The position numbers were made by a program, and so were the translations under genes. Positions 41,770-54,577 of a stretch of 64,000 bases of DNA are shown in pieces (the stretch's first letter is position 1; every line of letters starts with the position of its first letter). The DNA is from Eledone cirrhosa (taxonomy: Eukaryota): contig OZ024741.1 of NCBI GenBank assembly GCA_964016885.1, forward strand, positions 155,930,001 to 155,994,000. The letters run 5' to 3'. The notes below the pieces were generated by a model. It had not been told where the DNA came from and searched no databases. It saw nothing but the letters and a program-made list of their open reading frames with translations.

Positions 41770-42240
41770 GTTATGTCAGATATGGTGCGTTGAAGCATAA
41801 CATCAATGATACTTAGCCGATAAACTATATCCGAATTGGTGAGAGCAAAGTAGTGTTTCTGTAGTACCTCACCAATGGTTGTAGCATCCTCGTAGAGAAT
41901 GTTATCTTCCTCAACCAGAGGGCCAACAATAGAGACAACGACCTTGCGTTCTTTTTTTTTTTTTTTGCATATCAAACGAGCAATTTCAGATTGAGTTCAA
42001 TTTTCTCAATGGTCTGTGTCTCCTGAGCTTTTATTTGGTTATTGATGACGGTCACCAAGTAGTTTTCAATGTCAAGATTTTTTATTCGAAGAATGCAATA
42101 GTAATTGAATGGTTGTGTTGTCTCTGGCAGTATTCTAGTGAGTTGATTATTTTTGTTGATTATTTTTTATTTTCCTAATAATAGCTGTTCTATTTCTAGG
42201 GATAAGGTACTTACTTTTGTTCACAGATCTTGATGGGGTA
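41770..42240 (-). mobile_element. Degraded CR1/L2/Jockey-type LINE fragment
   Basis: SIVGPLVEEDNILYEDATTIGEVLQKHY resembles the EN-RT linker of these LINEs. Confidence 0.4.
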
Positions 42241-43554
42241 TATATGTGTGTGTGTGTGTGTGTGGATTAGCAAAGTAAGGAGCATGAAATGAAATAAGAG
42301 ATATAGATTACATTCCAAGTACGCGGCAAGTCATATCAATGGTGGGAAAACGTTTAGGAAGAATCTATAGATATGCTCTAAAAAATGTTAATCCTCCATG
42401 AACTAAGCCAGATCTGAAATTGTTTAAATCGTATCAGATCCTCAATTATATTAATAAACAAAGAGTATGTCGTCTTCGCACAGACCATATGCCGTGAACT
42501 ACATTTCCTTACGAACAGGTTGCACAGCATCATTTCTAGACTTTTGGAGACCATCCAGAAACTCGATGTCCCTATTTGTTTTAATATAGAAACTATTAAT
42601 CTAAGAGAGTGGATAAATTGATGCTAGTTTTTAAAACACTACCAAAGTCGGACGTTCAAAATGTCAAAGTCCTACCAACAGTGAACAAGATCTTTCAGTA
42701 CATAAAACAGTTGAAAGGTTTCAACAGCGAATAGATTCAATTGATTTCATAGTCAATATTGATATTTAGAGACCTTTTACCTCCAATTGTTCTTTATGTC
42801 TCTAGGTTTCTCTCACTGTCCCCCCTCTCTCTCTCTCGTTTTTGTTTCTTAATTGTAAGCTGTACTAGATAAAGATATTCTTATAGTCTCTCATTCCTTA
42901 CCAGCTGTTTATGAACATTTAAACTTATTAATAAAATAAACACACACACACATTCACACACAAACACACATACATACATGCTTGAATATATATATATGTG
43001 TGTGTGTGTGTATGTGTGTATACACCCGTATTATGGTGAATGTTATTTTAGTGCTGCAGCAAATTAATTATAGCAAGCGAAGTTCGCACCACATACTAAT
43101 ATGTATTACCAGCCGATGCTTTCTATTTGCTATATAGAGATGAACATCGCCAGCAAATGTTCATCTACATAGACACTATTCTATTTCAATATCAGTATCG
43201 ATTGAATGAATGTCAATGAGGAGAAATTAACTAATCTTGAAACACCGCTACCTGGCATTCTCGACTGCTACTGACATTCTGTGACGTGTTTACGAAACAT
43301 AAGATAGAGAAATATTTTTTCGTAACGAAGGAATATATTTTTTTCTAGTAGCTTCCACGTGTCTATGTTATATTAACATGTAGTATACACTCCTATTGCG
43401 TTTAACACTATCTTAGCGGTACTGCCATATATATATATATATATATATTATTTTTTAGTCGATTGACTTTCGTCAAATCGGACCGAGGAAACAATATTTC
43501 CATTGGTCTTTCCAATTGCTAATACTATCTATCGGTCGCAACTCCAGGTAGAAG

Positions 43555-43675
43555 GAGCAACGTGAAATAAAGTGTTTTGCCCAAGGACATAACGCATCGC
43601 CCGGTCCAGGAATCGAACTCACGACCTGACGATTAAGAGTTCAATTCTCTTACCACTCAGCCACGCGCCTTCACC
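43555..43675 (-). mobile_element. tRNA-derived SINE (family B)
   Basis: GGTGAAGGCGCGTGGCTGAGTGGTAAG..GAGTTCGATTCCTGG, then GTTATGTCCTTGGGCAAAACACTTTATTTCACGTTGCTCC; relatives near 5600, 6600, 25380, 51560. Confidence 0.8.
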
Positions 43676-43715
43676 ACCATATATATATATATGTATGTAT
43701 ATACACACACACTCA

Positions 43716-43847
<132 letters not shown>

Positions 43848-44860
43848 ATTGAAACATATGACGCTTCACATTTGAAATGTGAAAATTAGAATATGCCAGT
43901 TGATTGCTAACTTATAGAATAGATACAGCGTTTTATGCTTTTAAACCCTTAATTCCTAGATAAACGTTGTATCACGATATTTACTTGTTTGTCATCGAGC
44001 AACTGTCGAAATTCCATGCGATTCAAGCCACAAGGGAAATGTGTTCCATTAACCAATGAAGTTAACTACCAGATACCTTAAAGCATTCTTTTATTTATAT
44101 ACCATTGTTAGACTGCTGTCATGCAGGGTCGCTGCCTTGCGTTAGTTGATCTTATCAATTCGGTCAGATATATTTCCAAGTCTTGTTTTATCCTTTTTCT
44201 TTTTGCCTAACCGCTAGTTTCGTGGGAATATGAACAGAACAAACGGAGATCTTGATAAAATCCCTACTCACACACGTTTATATATTTTGAATATACGTTA
44301 GATTAAAGTAAACTTCTTCAACGCATGTTTTTTTACTATGAAACATAGTCGAACAAGTTGTTCATATCAGCCCTTAGAATGAGGAAAAAGTGGACAGTAT
44401 CGTTAACATGCATTCAAAATTTACTCAACACTTTGAAAATACGATTGCTTCAATATTTACGTACAAACGACGGGTAAGTGACCAGTCTCGTTATAGTAAA
44501 GTGGCAGCACATGTGCGAGTTCTGACCACTATTTTTGTCTACACGGACTTATATGACAAACCTGTTCAACCATTTTGGATAGTAAAAAAACACCTTTATT
44601 GAAGCAGCTTACTTTAAGCAACATGCATTCAAATTTGTTCACCCTAGCGTGGTATATCATAGAGATGTATAGAAAAGTAGATACGATATGTATATATGTT
44701 ATAAACATATAAGAGTCTCGCTATGATATTATTTAAAGCAGTATATTTATATATATATATATATATATAACGAAGGAAATGAGGTAAGGAACCAAGTGGA
44801 CCATAACGCACCAAAGTACTCAATACTTAGGGTAGTAGAGTGTGTAATAGGAAAGGTAGG

Positions 44861-44950
44861 ACCCCGACGGCTGAGCTCAAGCCGTTTCGACGGCTAATTC
44901 TGGACTAAATGAACATTTTTATCCTGGAATAGCCGAGTTTCTCAGGGGAT
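44861..44950 (-). ncRNA. Type I hammerhead in Penelope pLTR (G8>A)
   Basis: Reverse complement: ATCCC-CTGAGAA-actCGGCTA...TAGCCGtc-GAAA-CGGCT tgagctc AGCCG-TC-GGGGT. Confidence 0.75.
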
Positions 44951-46097
44951 AATTCCATATATGGTAAAAGTGATTGTCACAAGGATTGGTCAAAAGTTTG
45001 TTGTTAAGACACATAATTCTATCATGGCAATTTGTGGAAGGAAGGGGTATCTGAACCTGCCAGTAGAAGAAAGAGGGAGAGGGAGAGGGAGTGGAGGAAA
45101 CCCAGTCGTGCGTTGATAGTGCCAACTACAGCAGGGCAGGAGGTCAAGCAAGTATACTAGGGAGGGGGAGAGGGAGGAAGTCGAAACAATAAGTAAATCA
45201 ATATGGTGTAAATATATAGAAGAATACCAAGAAAGTTAAAAATATAAAAATAAAAAAAATAAAAAAAAAAATTTCTGGTTACTATTCCCTAACGACAGTC
45301 ATCAAGTCTCTCACTGGTACTGCTAAACTATAGAAAAGTTTACTAGGTGGGACGGAATTGTAATGAGACCCTTTTAAGAGTTAGTAGTAATCAACCGAGT
45401 ATATCTTACGGTGACAGATCAACAAGTGGGGGGCCAAAATACTAAAGAAACTATCACGAAATAATAATTCAGAGTCTCGAAACTAATACGAAATAAATGT
45501 TTCTACCCTAGGCACAAGGCCAGCAACCACCCAGTGCAAAAAATAAACTAATACGAAATAATAATTCAGAATCCCGAAAATGAATACTAATACTATCTCT
45601 AAGGGTGCCGCTACGATACAAAAATTCTAGTGCAAACTACATAAATGCTCGTACGAGGTATAAGAAAAATTTGATACGGAAAATTAATTCAGAATATCCC
45701 CCCCCCCCCAAAAAAAAAAATACTGATATACGAGAAATTAAAGCCGAGATACCACTAACAAATGTAGAAAGCACGGAAATGGGGCAGCCATCGGATAAGA
45801 AAGCAAGTATCTGGGGTCTATCACATCTGCTATAAAAATCGGAGTCGGCCAATTCTATCATAGAATAGGGGATGGGGGTGGGGGTACTGAGGCTACAAAG
45901 GACCGAGGGGCTGCCTCGGGTGGGCGAGAAAATGAAAAGGACGACTACAAAGAGGAGGACTGGGGAGAAAGGACTAGGAAGGGATGGGGGGAAGAAGGAA
46001 ATATAGAGGAAACGATAAAAAGATATAAAAGATCTTACGTCTACCTTTGCAAGCAGGGTTACCCATTACAAAGTCGGCAAGTGGGGTGTTACAGCTC

Positions 46098-46490
46098 TTA
46101 TCTACCCCCCCCCCCCGGGTCATTATGGGGTTTGAGGGCGAGGTAAGTCCTACGCAATCTGTGTTTGCATACAGTTACCAGTTCGTCTTTCTTGTTTAGG
46201 AGTTGGTCCGTCGAAAACAGCATTTGTAAAGTTTCCTCCGAGCATAAATTGCACGGACAGCGTCTTCCCGTGTAAGAGTTGGCTCTGGAGAGTAAGCTCC
46301 AAGTGAGATCATAGGTAAAATTATTATCTTTGAGGTCCCAGATGTGGCCCGAATGTGTGGTGGCGTGACGCCGGGCCGGGTTCCGGAAAGTATGTCTGTG
46401 TTGGTATAGCCGTGTCTTGAAGTCACATGCGGTTAATCCTATATAAGCTTTGTTGGAGGTGTCCGTCCTCACGTTGCACTGGTAGATCAC
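46098..46490 (-). pseudogene. GIY-YIG endonuclease domain of a Penelope-like element
   Basis: VIYQCNV..AYIGLT..FKTRLYQH..HIWDLKD..CNLCSEE..LLNKKDEL..CKHR. Confidence 0.9.
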
Positions 46491-47380
46491 ATTACGATCT
46501 CTGCATCTGTTGTCGAGGGGGAAATCGATCCCTCAGGACAGTTGCACATCCTGGCCGGCTCTCCACTGCTATTTAGGTTATTTCTTCCATAGGGGTTGAG
46601 TTTTTTGTTGTTAGAGGAGACGATGTTTTGTGCAAAGTTTGGTGTGGTGCTGTCGAGAGGTTGATTATGTTGTGGTAGCGGTGTTGTAGTGGGAAGTGTT
46701 TTTCGATGAGCCTAAAGAAGATTTTCCCGATAGGAGTTGTCAGCTCGGCGTTGTGGGGAGGTTGAACCATGTTACATTGCATGAACGGCGGTGTCGCCTG
46801 CTGGTTCCACTAATGGAAGCTGGACAGTAGGATATTTCCTCCCGGAAACCACTCCGCTTGAGGGCCTGGTTGTAATAAGGCGCATGTTCCTCGAATATCT
46901 GCTCATTAGCGGACAAACGAGATATGCGGAGGAAGATGTTTTTTACAAGATTATTGGTGATGTTGCTAGGATGGTTTGACCGGCGGTAGATGTAGTGCAG
47001 GTTGTCGTTGGGTTTCCGGTATGGGTAGTACAGATCATTATCGAGGTCAACGGTGAGAAAGCTAATAGCGATACTCCGGCCAAATATGGATTTCTTAATA
47101 TATAGATCCCAATTTTTAATATATTGATCTCAATTTTTAAATGATTAACTAAACATTTAATCATATTTAAACAATGGTTAATTTCTCATATTATATATGT
47201 ATATTCCATTCATGATTATTAACATTTCTAATTTTATTTATTCATTTCATCCCAATCGTTAAGTTAAATCAACAAGATATGACTTAGAGTTTTTCGTTCT
47301 CTCCCCTTCTCTCTGTCTCCTCTCTCTATATATATATATCTTTCTCTCTCTGTTGTTTTGGTCTCTCTCTCTCACTCTTT

Positions 47381-47456
<76 letters not shown>

Positions 47457-47633
47457 CTTCTTTATCTTTATCTTTCTCCGTAACCCAACGGCTTATTTTA
47501 AAAATAAAAATATCCAATACTAATAATAATATAATTAAGCTTCAACTCCACTATCTGGGAGCTTCCAACAGTAATGGTTGCATTTTTTAAGGGTATGCCA
47601 ATATTTATTCATAAAACTGATCTATATTATATT

Positions 47634-47688
47634 TTATCTGATGAAAGCACACCATAATTTAACTTGGTGTCCTTGAAGTATGTATAAT
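47634..47688 (+). ncRNA. Degenerate hammerhead motif
   Basis: ttat-CTGATGA-AAGcACACCA..TGGTGTcCTT-GAAG-tatgta-taa; 9 of 10 bp in stem II, GAAA>GAAG. Confidence 0.5.
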
Positions 47689-47734
47689 GAAATAAATATG
47701 GTTTTATAAATATAGTTTCCATTTGTTAATATCG

Positions 47735-47766
<32 letters not shown>

Positions 47767-48291
47767 TGTATGTATGTATGTATGTATGTATGTATGTATG
47801 TATGTATGTATCTGTGTGTGTGTGTGGGGGGGGTTCTGTGTGTGAGTGTGTATACATGTACACATATGCATAGTATTCTAGCCCGACATTTCGATTAATA
47901 AATTGTCCGTTTTATACATGATATCTCTATTGCTCTCAATAGTGACCAAATAAATAATTCACTTTGTTACTGTAATAGATATAAAATATACAACACATTA
48001 ATTATTCTATTTTTAATTAGTACCAAATATAATTACATATAATTCCATATTCGTCCCAGCTGCAATTAATTCAAACATAGGTGAAGACATGGTTGTGTGG
48101 TGTAGATGTTCTCTTTGCAACCAGGTGGCTCTGTGTTTAATACTGCTGTGCGGTACCATGACCATCTGTCTCGTAGACACTCGGGTTAACCATGATTTCT
48201 AGGTGAAATTTGCTGGAGGGAAACATGAGAAGCCTGGTATAATTATATACACACACACACACACACACCCACCCACACACACACCCACCCC

Positions 48292-48384
<93 letters not shown>

Positions 48385-48550
48385 GCCTTTGTATCACTAG
48401 GTATTTCTCTCTAAATATATTTTTTTTTAAAGAATCCCCATTCTTTAAATCCATCAGCCAATGACCTCCATCCAACCCAAACATCACCCTCCGCTACGAC
48501 CAGAAAATGTATAAATGCCACCCTATTACATTGACAGTAGGCTTGCCTGA

Positions 48551-48608
<58 letters not shown>

Positions 48609-48701
48609 CCAAAAGTTAAACAAGGTTCATTGACTAATCAATGAATAAAGTTTTACAATAGATTAGAAGAACTCAACATTGAGGTTTTCTGGAGTTATTA
48701 A

Positions 48702-48974
48702 TATTAATTCATAATATTAATAAATATAGACATTCATGTGATCAAATATATTTTATTATATATATTTCAGAGGTACTGTGCTGTTTCCTCAGTACGTCCT
48801 CATTAGATGGAAGTGCCAAGACTGGAATTGAACCATCAGCACAGTTGAGGTATGTCAGACATCAATTTATTTTATCTGATGAGGACGTACTAAGGAAACA
48901 GCCCAGTCCCTCTGAAATATATATAATAAAATATATTTCATCACATGAATGTCTATATTTTTCTATATTTTGAA

Positions 48975-48980
<6 letters not shown>
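48702..48980. repeat. Inverted repeat (arms about 105 bp, spacer about 65 bp)
   Basis: atatagacattcatgtgat..tttcagagg..gtacgtcctcattagat / atctgatgaggacgtac..cctctgaaa..atcacatgaatgtctatat. Confidence 0.9.
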
Positions 48981-49049
<69 letters not shown>

Positions 49050-49177
49050 CCAATATATTGAGAAACACACAGATACATGCGGACACACACATATACATGA
49101 ATATATCCACATCCATCCTTGAGTTAATGGTGCCTACCTTAACCGAGACGTGTTCTTGAAGCTAGTAAAATGAGGTA

Positions 49178-49267
49178 TCCTCTTGATAAGTTGGCAGACC
49201 TCACAAAAGCTCTATATCTCTATGATGTATTGTTTTTGATTATGCCACGAAACTACGTAGTCGAGGA
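49178..49267 (+). ncRNA. Type I hammerhead, U3-A8 core variant, copy 1
   Basis: TCCTC-TTGATAA-GTtGGCA...TGCCAC-GAAA-CTACGTAG-TC-GAGGA. Confidence 0.8.
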
Positions 49268-49770
49268 ATCTAGAATCATTTTAGGTATGATACATCTTAT
49301 TACTAATTATATCTAAATGTTTCTACTCTCTTCATAATGTACTTTTAGCTCTGATACTGTTTCAGTCTAATCCATTCGGATTGGTTTGTCCCAGTTATTC
49401 ATAGAGCAACATCGGTTAAGGTTGGCACCATTAACTCAAGGATGGATGTGGATATATTCATGTATATGTGTGTGTCCGCATGTATCTGTGTGTTTCTCAA
49501 TATATTGTTTATAACTCCCCCTGGTCGAGTAATCTTTGAAGTGTAGTGACTGCTGAAAAGCTGCCATTACTCATACTTCTCGCCCCCTTAACCACCTCTT
49601 CTACGGCCTCGATATAAATACCCCCTCCGCCTCCGTGGTATTTTTTCAGGGTTATAAAGGGCTTAGCTCTGTTTCTTGACCGTTGTATCACGTGACTGAC
49701 TCCCCCTCCGCCTTTTGGGATTCTATCTCACATCTTATAGACGTGTTCTTGAAGCTAGTAAAATGAGGTA

Positions 49771-49860
49771 TCCTCTTGATAAGTCGGCAGACCTGACAAA
49801 AGCTCTATATCTCTATGATGTATTGTCTTTGATTATGCCACGAAACTACGTAGTCGAGGA
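49771..49860 (+). ncRNA. Type I hammerhead, U3-A8 core variant, copy 2
   Basis: TCCTC-TTGATAA-GTcGGCA...TGCCAC-GAAA-CTACGTAG-TC-GAGGA. Confidence 0.8.
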
Positions 49861-49929
49861 ATCTAGAAGCAGTTTAGGTATGATACAACTTATTACTAAT
49901 TATATCTAAATGTTTCTTCTCTCTTCATA

Positions 49930-49965
<36 letters not shown>

Positions 49966-50184
49966 GTGAGAATATATATATATATACATATATATAGAGA
50001 GAGAGAGAATTAGTATATCTACCAACATATGCGTACAGATGTACACTAATGTTAGCAAATACATAAGTTATGTCATAGTACCTAGGTGGTTCAATGCAGG
50101 AGGATGCAGAACAATAATATGAAAGACGTAAAATAAGAAAAATAAAAAAAAAAATTAAAAATTAACTTACTTACTAAAATTTTC

Positions 50185-50266
50185 ACTCCAACTAATTAGT
50201 TTCTGTAATGGGATAAAGATAGTTACGTAATATAACTATCGAGAATTCATTACGTCATCAGGGAGT
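50185..50266 (-). ncRNA. Type I hammerhead ribozyme with extended stem II
   Basis: Reverse complement: ACTCC-CTGATGA-cGTAATG..GATAGTTA tattacg TAACTATC..CATTACa-GAAA-CTAATTAG-TT-GGAGT. Confidence 0.85.
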
Positions 50267-50589
50267 CTATTCTCAGCTAAGTCTCCAGGCAATGCGCGGA
50301 CACTAGGGACTCATATAAAATATATATATATATATATGTGAGAACATATATATATATATCGTTTTTTTCCCGTTCTTTGCCAGCGAACGTTACCACGAAC
50401 CAAAGTATCGTCTTCTTGTCTTCCTCCGGTTGCAACGTTTTTTGAAATATCCAGTTCTGCGTTTACAGATTGACTTTGTTAGTTTCAGAAGATCCCGTTA
50501 AGGGTGAAAGCAGCGATTCTTTGCTTAAATTTTAATCTGTTATTTTAATAAATATGTGTGTATATATATATATATGTGTGTGTATATAT

Positions 50590-50780
50590 ATGTGAGAATT
50601 ACCACAAACCCTTCATCTCAATTCTATTTTTGAATAGCACAAGAACTGCTAAACCGGTAAAGGAACCAAATAAGTATATTAAAAAAAAGACTCCAGTCGC
50701 ATTTTCGATTTCATCTTTTTCCTTATACTTTCACTCGTGTAGGACACCTCACTCTTATTTTCATTTTGTAAAAAAAAACT
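50590..50780 (+). repeat. Dispersed repeat, opposite-orientation paralog of 57780-57965, with decayed HHR at 50627-50662
   Basis: catctcaattcta.ttttgaa.agca.aagaactgc.aaaccggtaaaggaaccaaataa shared. Confidence 0.8.
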
Positions 50781-50827
50781 TACTTTCTAATATATATATA
50801 CATATATGTATGTATGCATGCATGTAT

Positions 50828-51282
<455 letters not shown>

Positions 51283-51724
51283 TTATGCACTTGACATTAC
51301 GTATTTCAAAAAGAGATCAATGTTATAAGCACTAACCTTGTATTAGTAAACACAACAGAATAATGATTGAACGAAAGAACACAGAAGGCCCTGAAATATA
51401 AATATTTGTTAATAATTAATATATGGAAGTGCTTCAAGACGCCATTGATATTTTATTAACGTACTTCTAAGATATAATTATATTAATATTCAGCATATAC
51501 GTGTACTAATGATATACGCGATGAACTGAATGAATAGTTTTCTATAAAAAATTATTGCCTGGGACAAATGTAGGGTTAAGTTCCAGGATCTAGTGATTGG
51601 AAAGCGAACTTCATGTTGTAGCAACGTGACTGCATTGTGTGTGTAAAGTTTTAGAAGTTACAATGATTATACATGCATACATAATATACATATAAAATGT
51701 ATATAATATATTTAATACACATAC

Positions 51725-52140
51725 AGACCAAAGGAGCTCATGGATGTTATCCAATGATCTTGCTCAGGGTCTACCCCTGGGTCTCTTGCCGGTTTGATTT
51801 GCGCGTAAAATATGTTCCACAATTCCTTCTAGAGGCATTCTCACCACAACTCAATTGTATCGGAGCTGTGCTCCCTCAATTTGGAGAAGTAGTTACAGTG
51901 GAGCAAACCTCTGATCTCCGAGCTACGGACTCTATAGAATAACGTTACGCCAAAGACCCTATGGAGAAATTCCGTTTCGGCCACATGTATTCCCGATTAT
52001 GTTCTTCCGGTCATATCAGAAGGTTCATGGCTATAGGAAAGTGTTGGCGCGAATACCGAATTGAGATTAGCAAGTTTGGCTTTTACATCTACCTCCCTTA
52101 TTCCAATAACCGAATGCTGAAGCTGGCACATTATTTCACT
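51725..52140 (-). mobile_element. RTE LINE 3' fragment, similar to 19200-19670
   Basis: LLQIEGAQLRY..VRMP..ILRANQTGKRPRGRP*ARSLDNIHEL. Confidence 0.75.
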
Positions 52141-52145
52141 AGCTT

Positions 52146-52333
52146 CGGTGGATTGGCAGTATAGGTAGAGAGTCGGACGCCATGCTTTCCAGCATAGTTA
52201 CGTCCCTTTACGATCTGAATTCAAATCCCGCCGAGGTTAACTTTGCCTTTCATCCTTACGTGGTCGATAAAATAAAGTACCAGTAATGTACTGGATAATT
52301 GCTGGCCATGTGCCAAATATAGAAACAATTATT
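52146..52333 (+). mobile_element. Full-length family A SINE
   Basis: CGGTGGATTGGCAGTATAGG..GAATTCAAATCCCGCC..GGCCATGTGCCAAATATAGAAACAATTATT. Confidence 0.9.
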
Positions 52334-53604
52334 TCCCTAGCTTCTGCAATCTTGCATTTAATTCAGTCTCTTGCATTCATCACTCATAATCATGGCCCCG
52401 AGATACTTCTGTACTTGCTTCAATGGAACTCCACTCGTAAATTCTGATGTTCTGATAGATACATCAATTTTATATATCTGAAATTACTTCGAAATATTTT
52501 TTTAAAATATATTATTTAGGAGCAAAGGAGACATCCTATTCGTGGTCACTTGAAGTGATAGAAATATTAGCGTAATATTTCTCATATTTTGAAAGAATAA
52601 ATTCGTTAATTTACGCTACGGCATTTGTGCCTTGAATAAATCTAAAACAAACATGGGATAGTCTTTGCTAGAGCGACAGGTAATATGTGTTTGTTTAGAA
52701 CCTCCTTGAGCGAAACAACAACAGCTAAGATAACATTACGAGATAAATTAACTAAACCTACTGTATCCGAATTAATCCTAGGATGGTTATGGTTGAATTG
52801 TAATTGATCAGAAGTTTACTGGTTTACATCCGACCTACGTATGAACGACATGAAAAATAAAGGGACAAGATACATTAATTCTACACACAAGTTCTTAGGA
52901 GGTCCACATAGGAGGTCCATGGGTGGAATGTCTTTGATCGTAGATCTGCTGAATCGGAGGAGATTAGTTGCAAGTTACACTAAAACAACATAAAATGTAA
53001 TGTGCTTATCAGGTTAATGAACTTTACTAACTTGGTTTTGAGAACAATTTAGCTAAATTCATTATGATTAACGCTCTTTTCCGATCTTCCAAAATGTTAT
53101 AATTAGAAACATCTATTAGTTTGACGGCTGCGCTGATGTTAGGTATAAAGTTAGGTAAGACATTCTGAAACTTTACTCTTTTCTCGGACGTCGCCATTCT
53201 TTAACCACAAAGCCATACTTGCTGCTATTGAGTTATGAGAAAAAACGATTTCGATTAGATGTATCTCTAACCATATTTCATGCTGAAGACACATTAGTGA
53301 CAAATGAGAACATTTATATAGGAATGGCTATATTACCGGAATTGAATATTTTACTGATTCATCTAAACGAATTGCGTGAGATGAATGTGAGTTGATATAA
53401 CTGGAAAAATAGTTACAAAATGAAAGAGAGACGCGACAGGTGATATAGTCTGCGATGGTTTTCAGAGAAGGGTATAGTATTGATTTACCTGTATTGAGCA
53501 TCACAGACAGACACACACACACACACACGCACACGCACGCACACACTCACACTCACGCACACGCACACACACGCACACACACACACGAACACACACACAC
53601 ACAC

Positions 53605-53729
<125 letters not shown>

Positions 53730-53914
53730 ATTATAATAGAATATAAAAGAAAAAAGAAAACACAACACAGATATATAGATATATGTGTTCAAATCGTAAG
53801 GGACCAGATTCGCTAAGGTGAAGAGAATACTAACTATAGACAATTGGGTTCGCTTGTCTCAATTTAAGAAAAAATTAAGAAAATTAATACAAACCGGAAT
53901 TGTGGTAACTACCA

Positions 53915-53992
53915 ATCACCAAGACAACTTGTTGTTGTTTCGCAAAGTTAATTGTGAACAGATATACTAATCCAAGCTCATCAGTGGGTGAT
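53915..53992 (-). ncRNA. Type I hammerhead ribozyme, canonical core
   Basis: Reverse complement: ATCACCcA-CTGATGA-GC...GC-GAAA-CAAC aacaa GTTG-TC-TtGGTGAT; GUC site, 5-bp stem III. Confidence 0.85.
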
Positions 53993-54156
53993 GAATTAGT
54001 ATCCTAGACACATCTATGTATGCTTTATATAAAATATAAAACAGCGCACATGGCATCCTAGCGAGTCTCAAAAACCCACAGCACTAAAAATAGCAGCCAG
54101 GTTTACTCGACATTTGAATCAATATATACCTTTTATATATATATATATATATATAT

Positions 54157-54277
<121 letters not shown>

Positions 54278-54453
54278 GAGAGAGAATGAGAGTAAGAGAG
54301 GGAAAGCGAGAGATAGACAAATGTAATGAAATATGCATACATGCGTGTATATATTAGAATATTGCATCTGTCTATATATACTCATTACTAGCTACAATAA
54401 AATCTGCATGAAATACATACATATGTAAAAACGTACATACAAACATACATACG

Positions 54454-54489
<36 letters not shown>

Positions 54490-54577
54490 TACATACATAC
54501 ATACATATATATACATATACAGATATACATAAATGTATACATATATAATAGTATATATATATATATATATATATATA

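Larger units (their letters stand above)
44770..47050 (-). mobile_element. Penelope-like element, 5'-truncated, with long 3' UTR/pLTR ending at (TA)n
   Basis: Degraded RT thumb (46570-47050), GIY-YIG ORF, and an HHR near the 3' end. Confidence 0.85.
49051..49930 (+). repeat. Composite unit: inverted arms 49051-49146/49412-49507 plus about 190-bp direct repeats 49147-49338/49740-49931
   Basis: Directly visible near-identical copies; the unit is flanked by (TA)n. Confidence 0.92.

Noticed and set aside
43600-43675. tRNA gene
   Set aside because: A and B boxes are present, but the acceptor stem is not closed and it runs into a SINE body with multiple relatives.
48872-48915. CTGATGAGGACGTACTAAGGAAACAG..GTC as a hammerhead
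   Set aside because: Core words are present, but neither stem II nor stem I can be paired in either arm.
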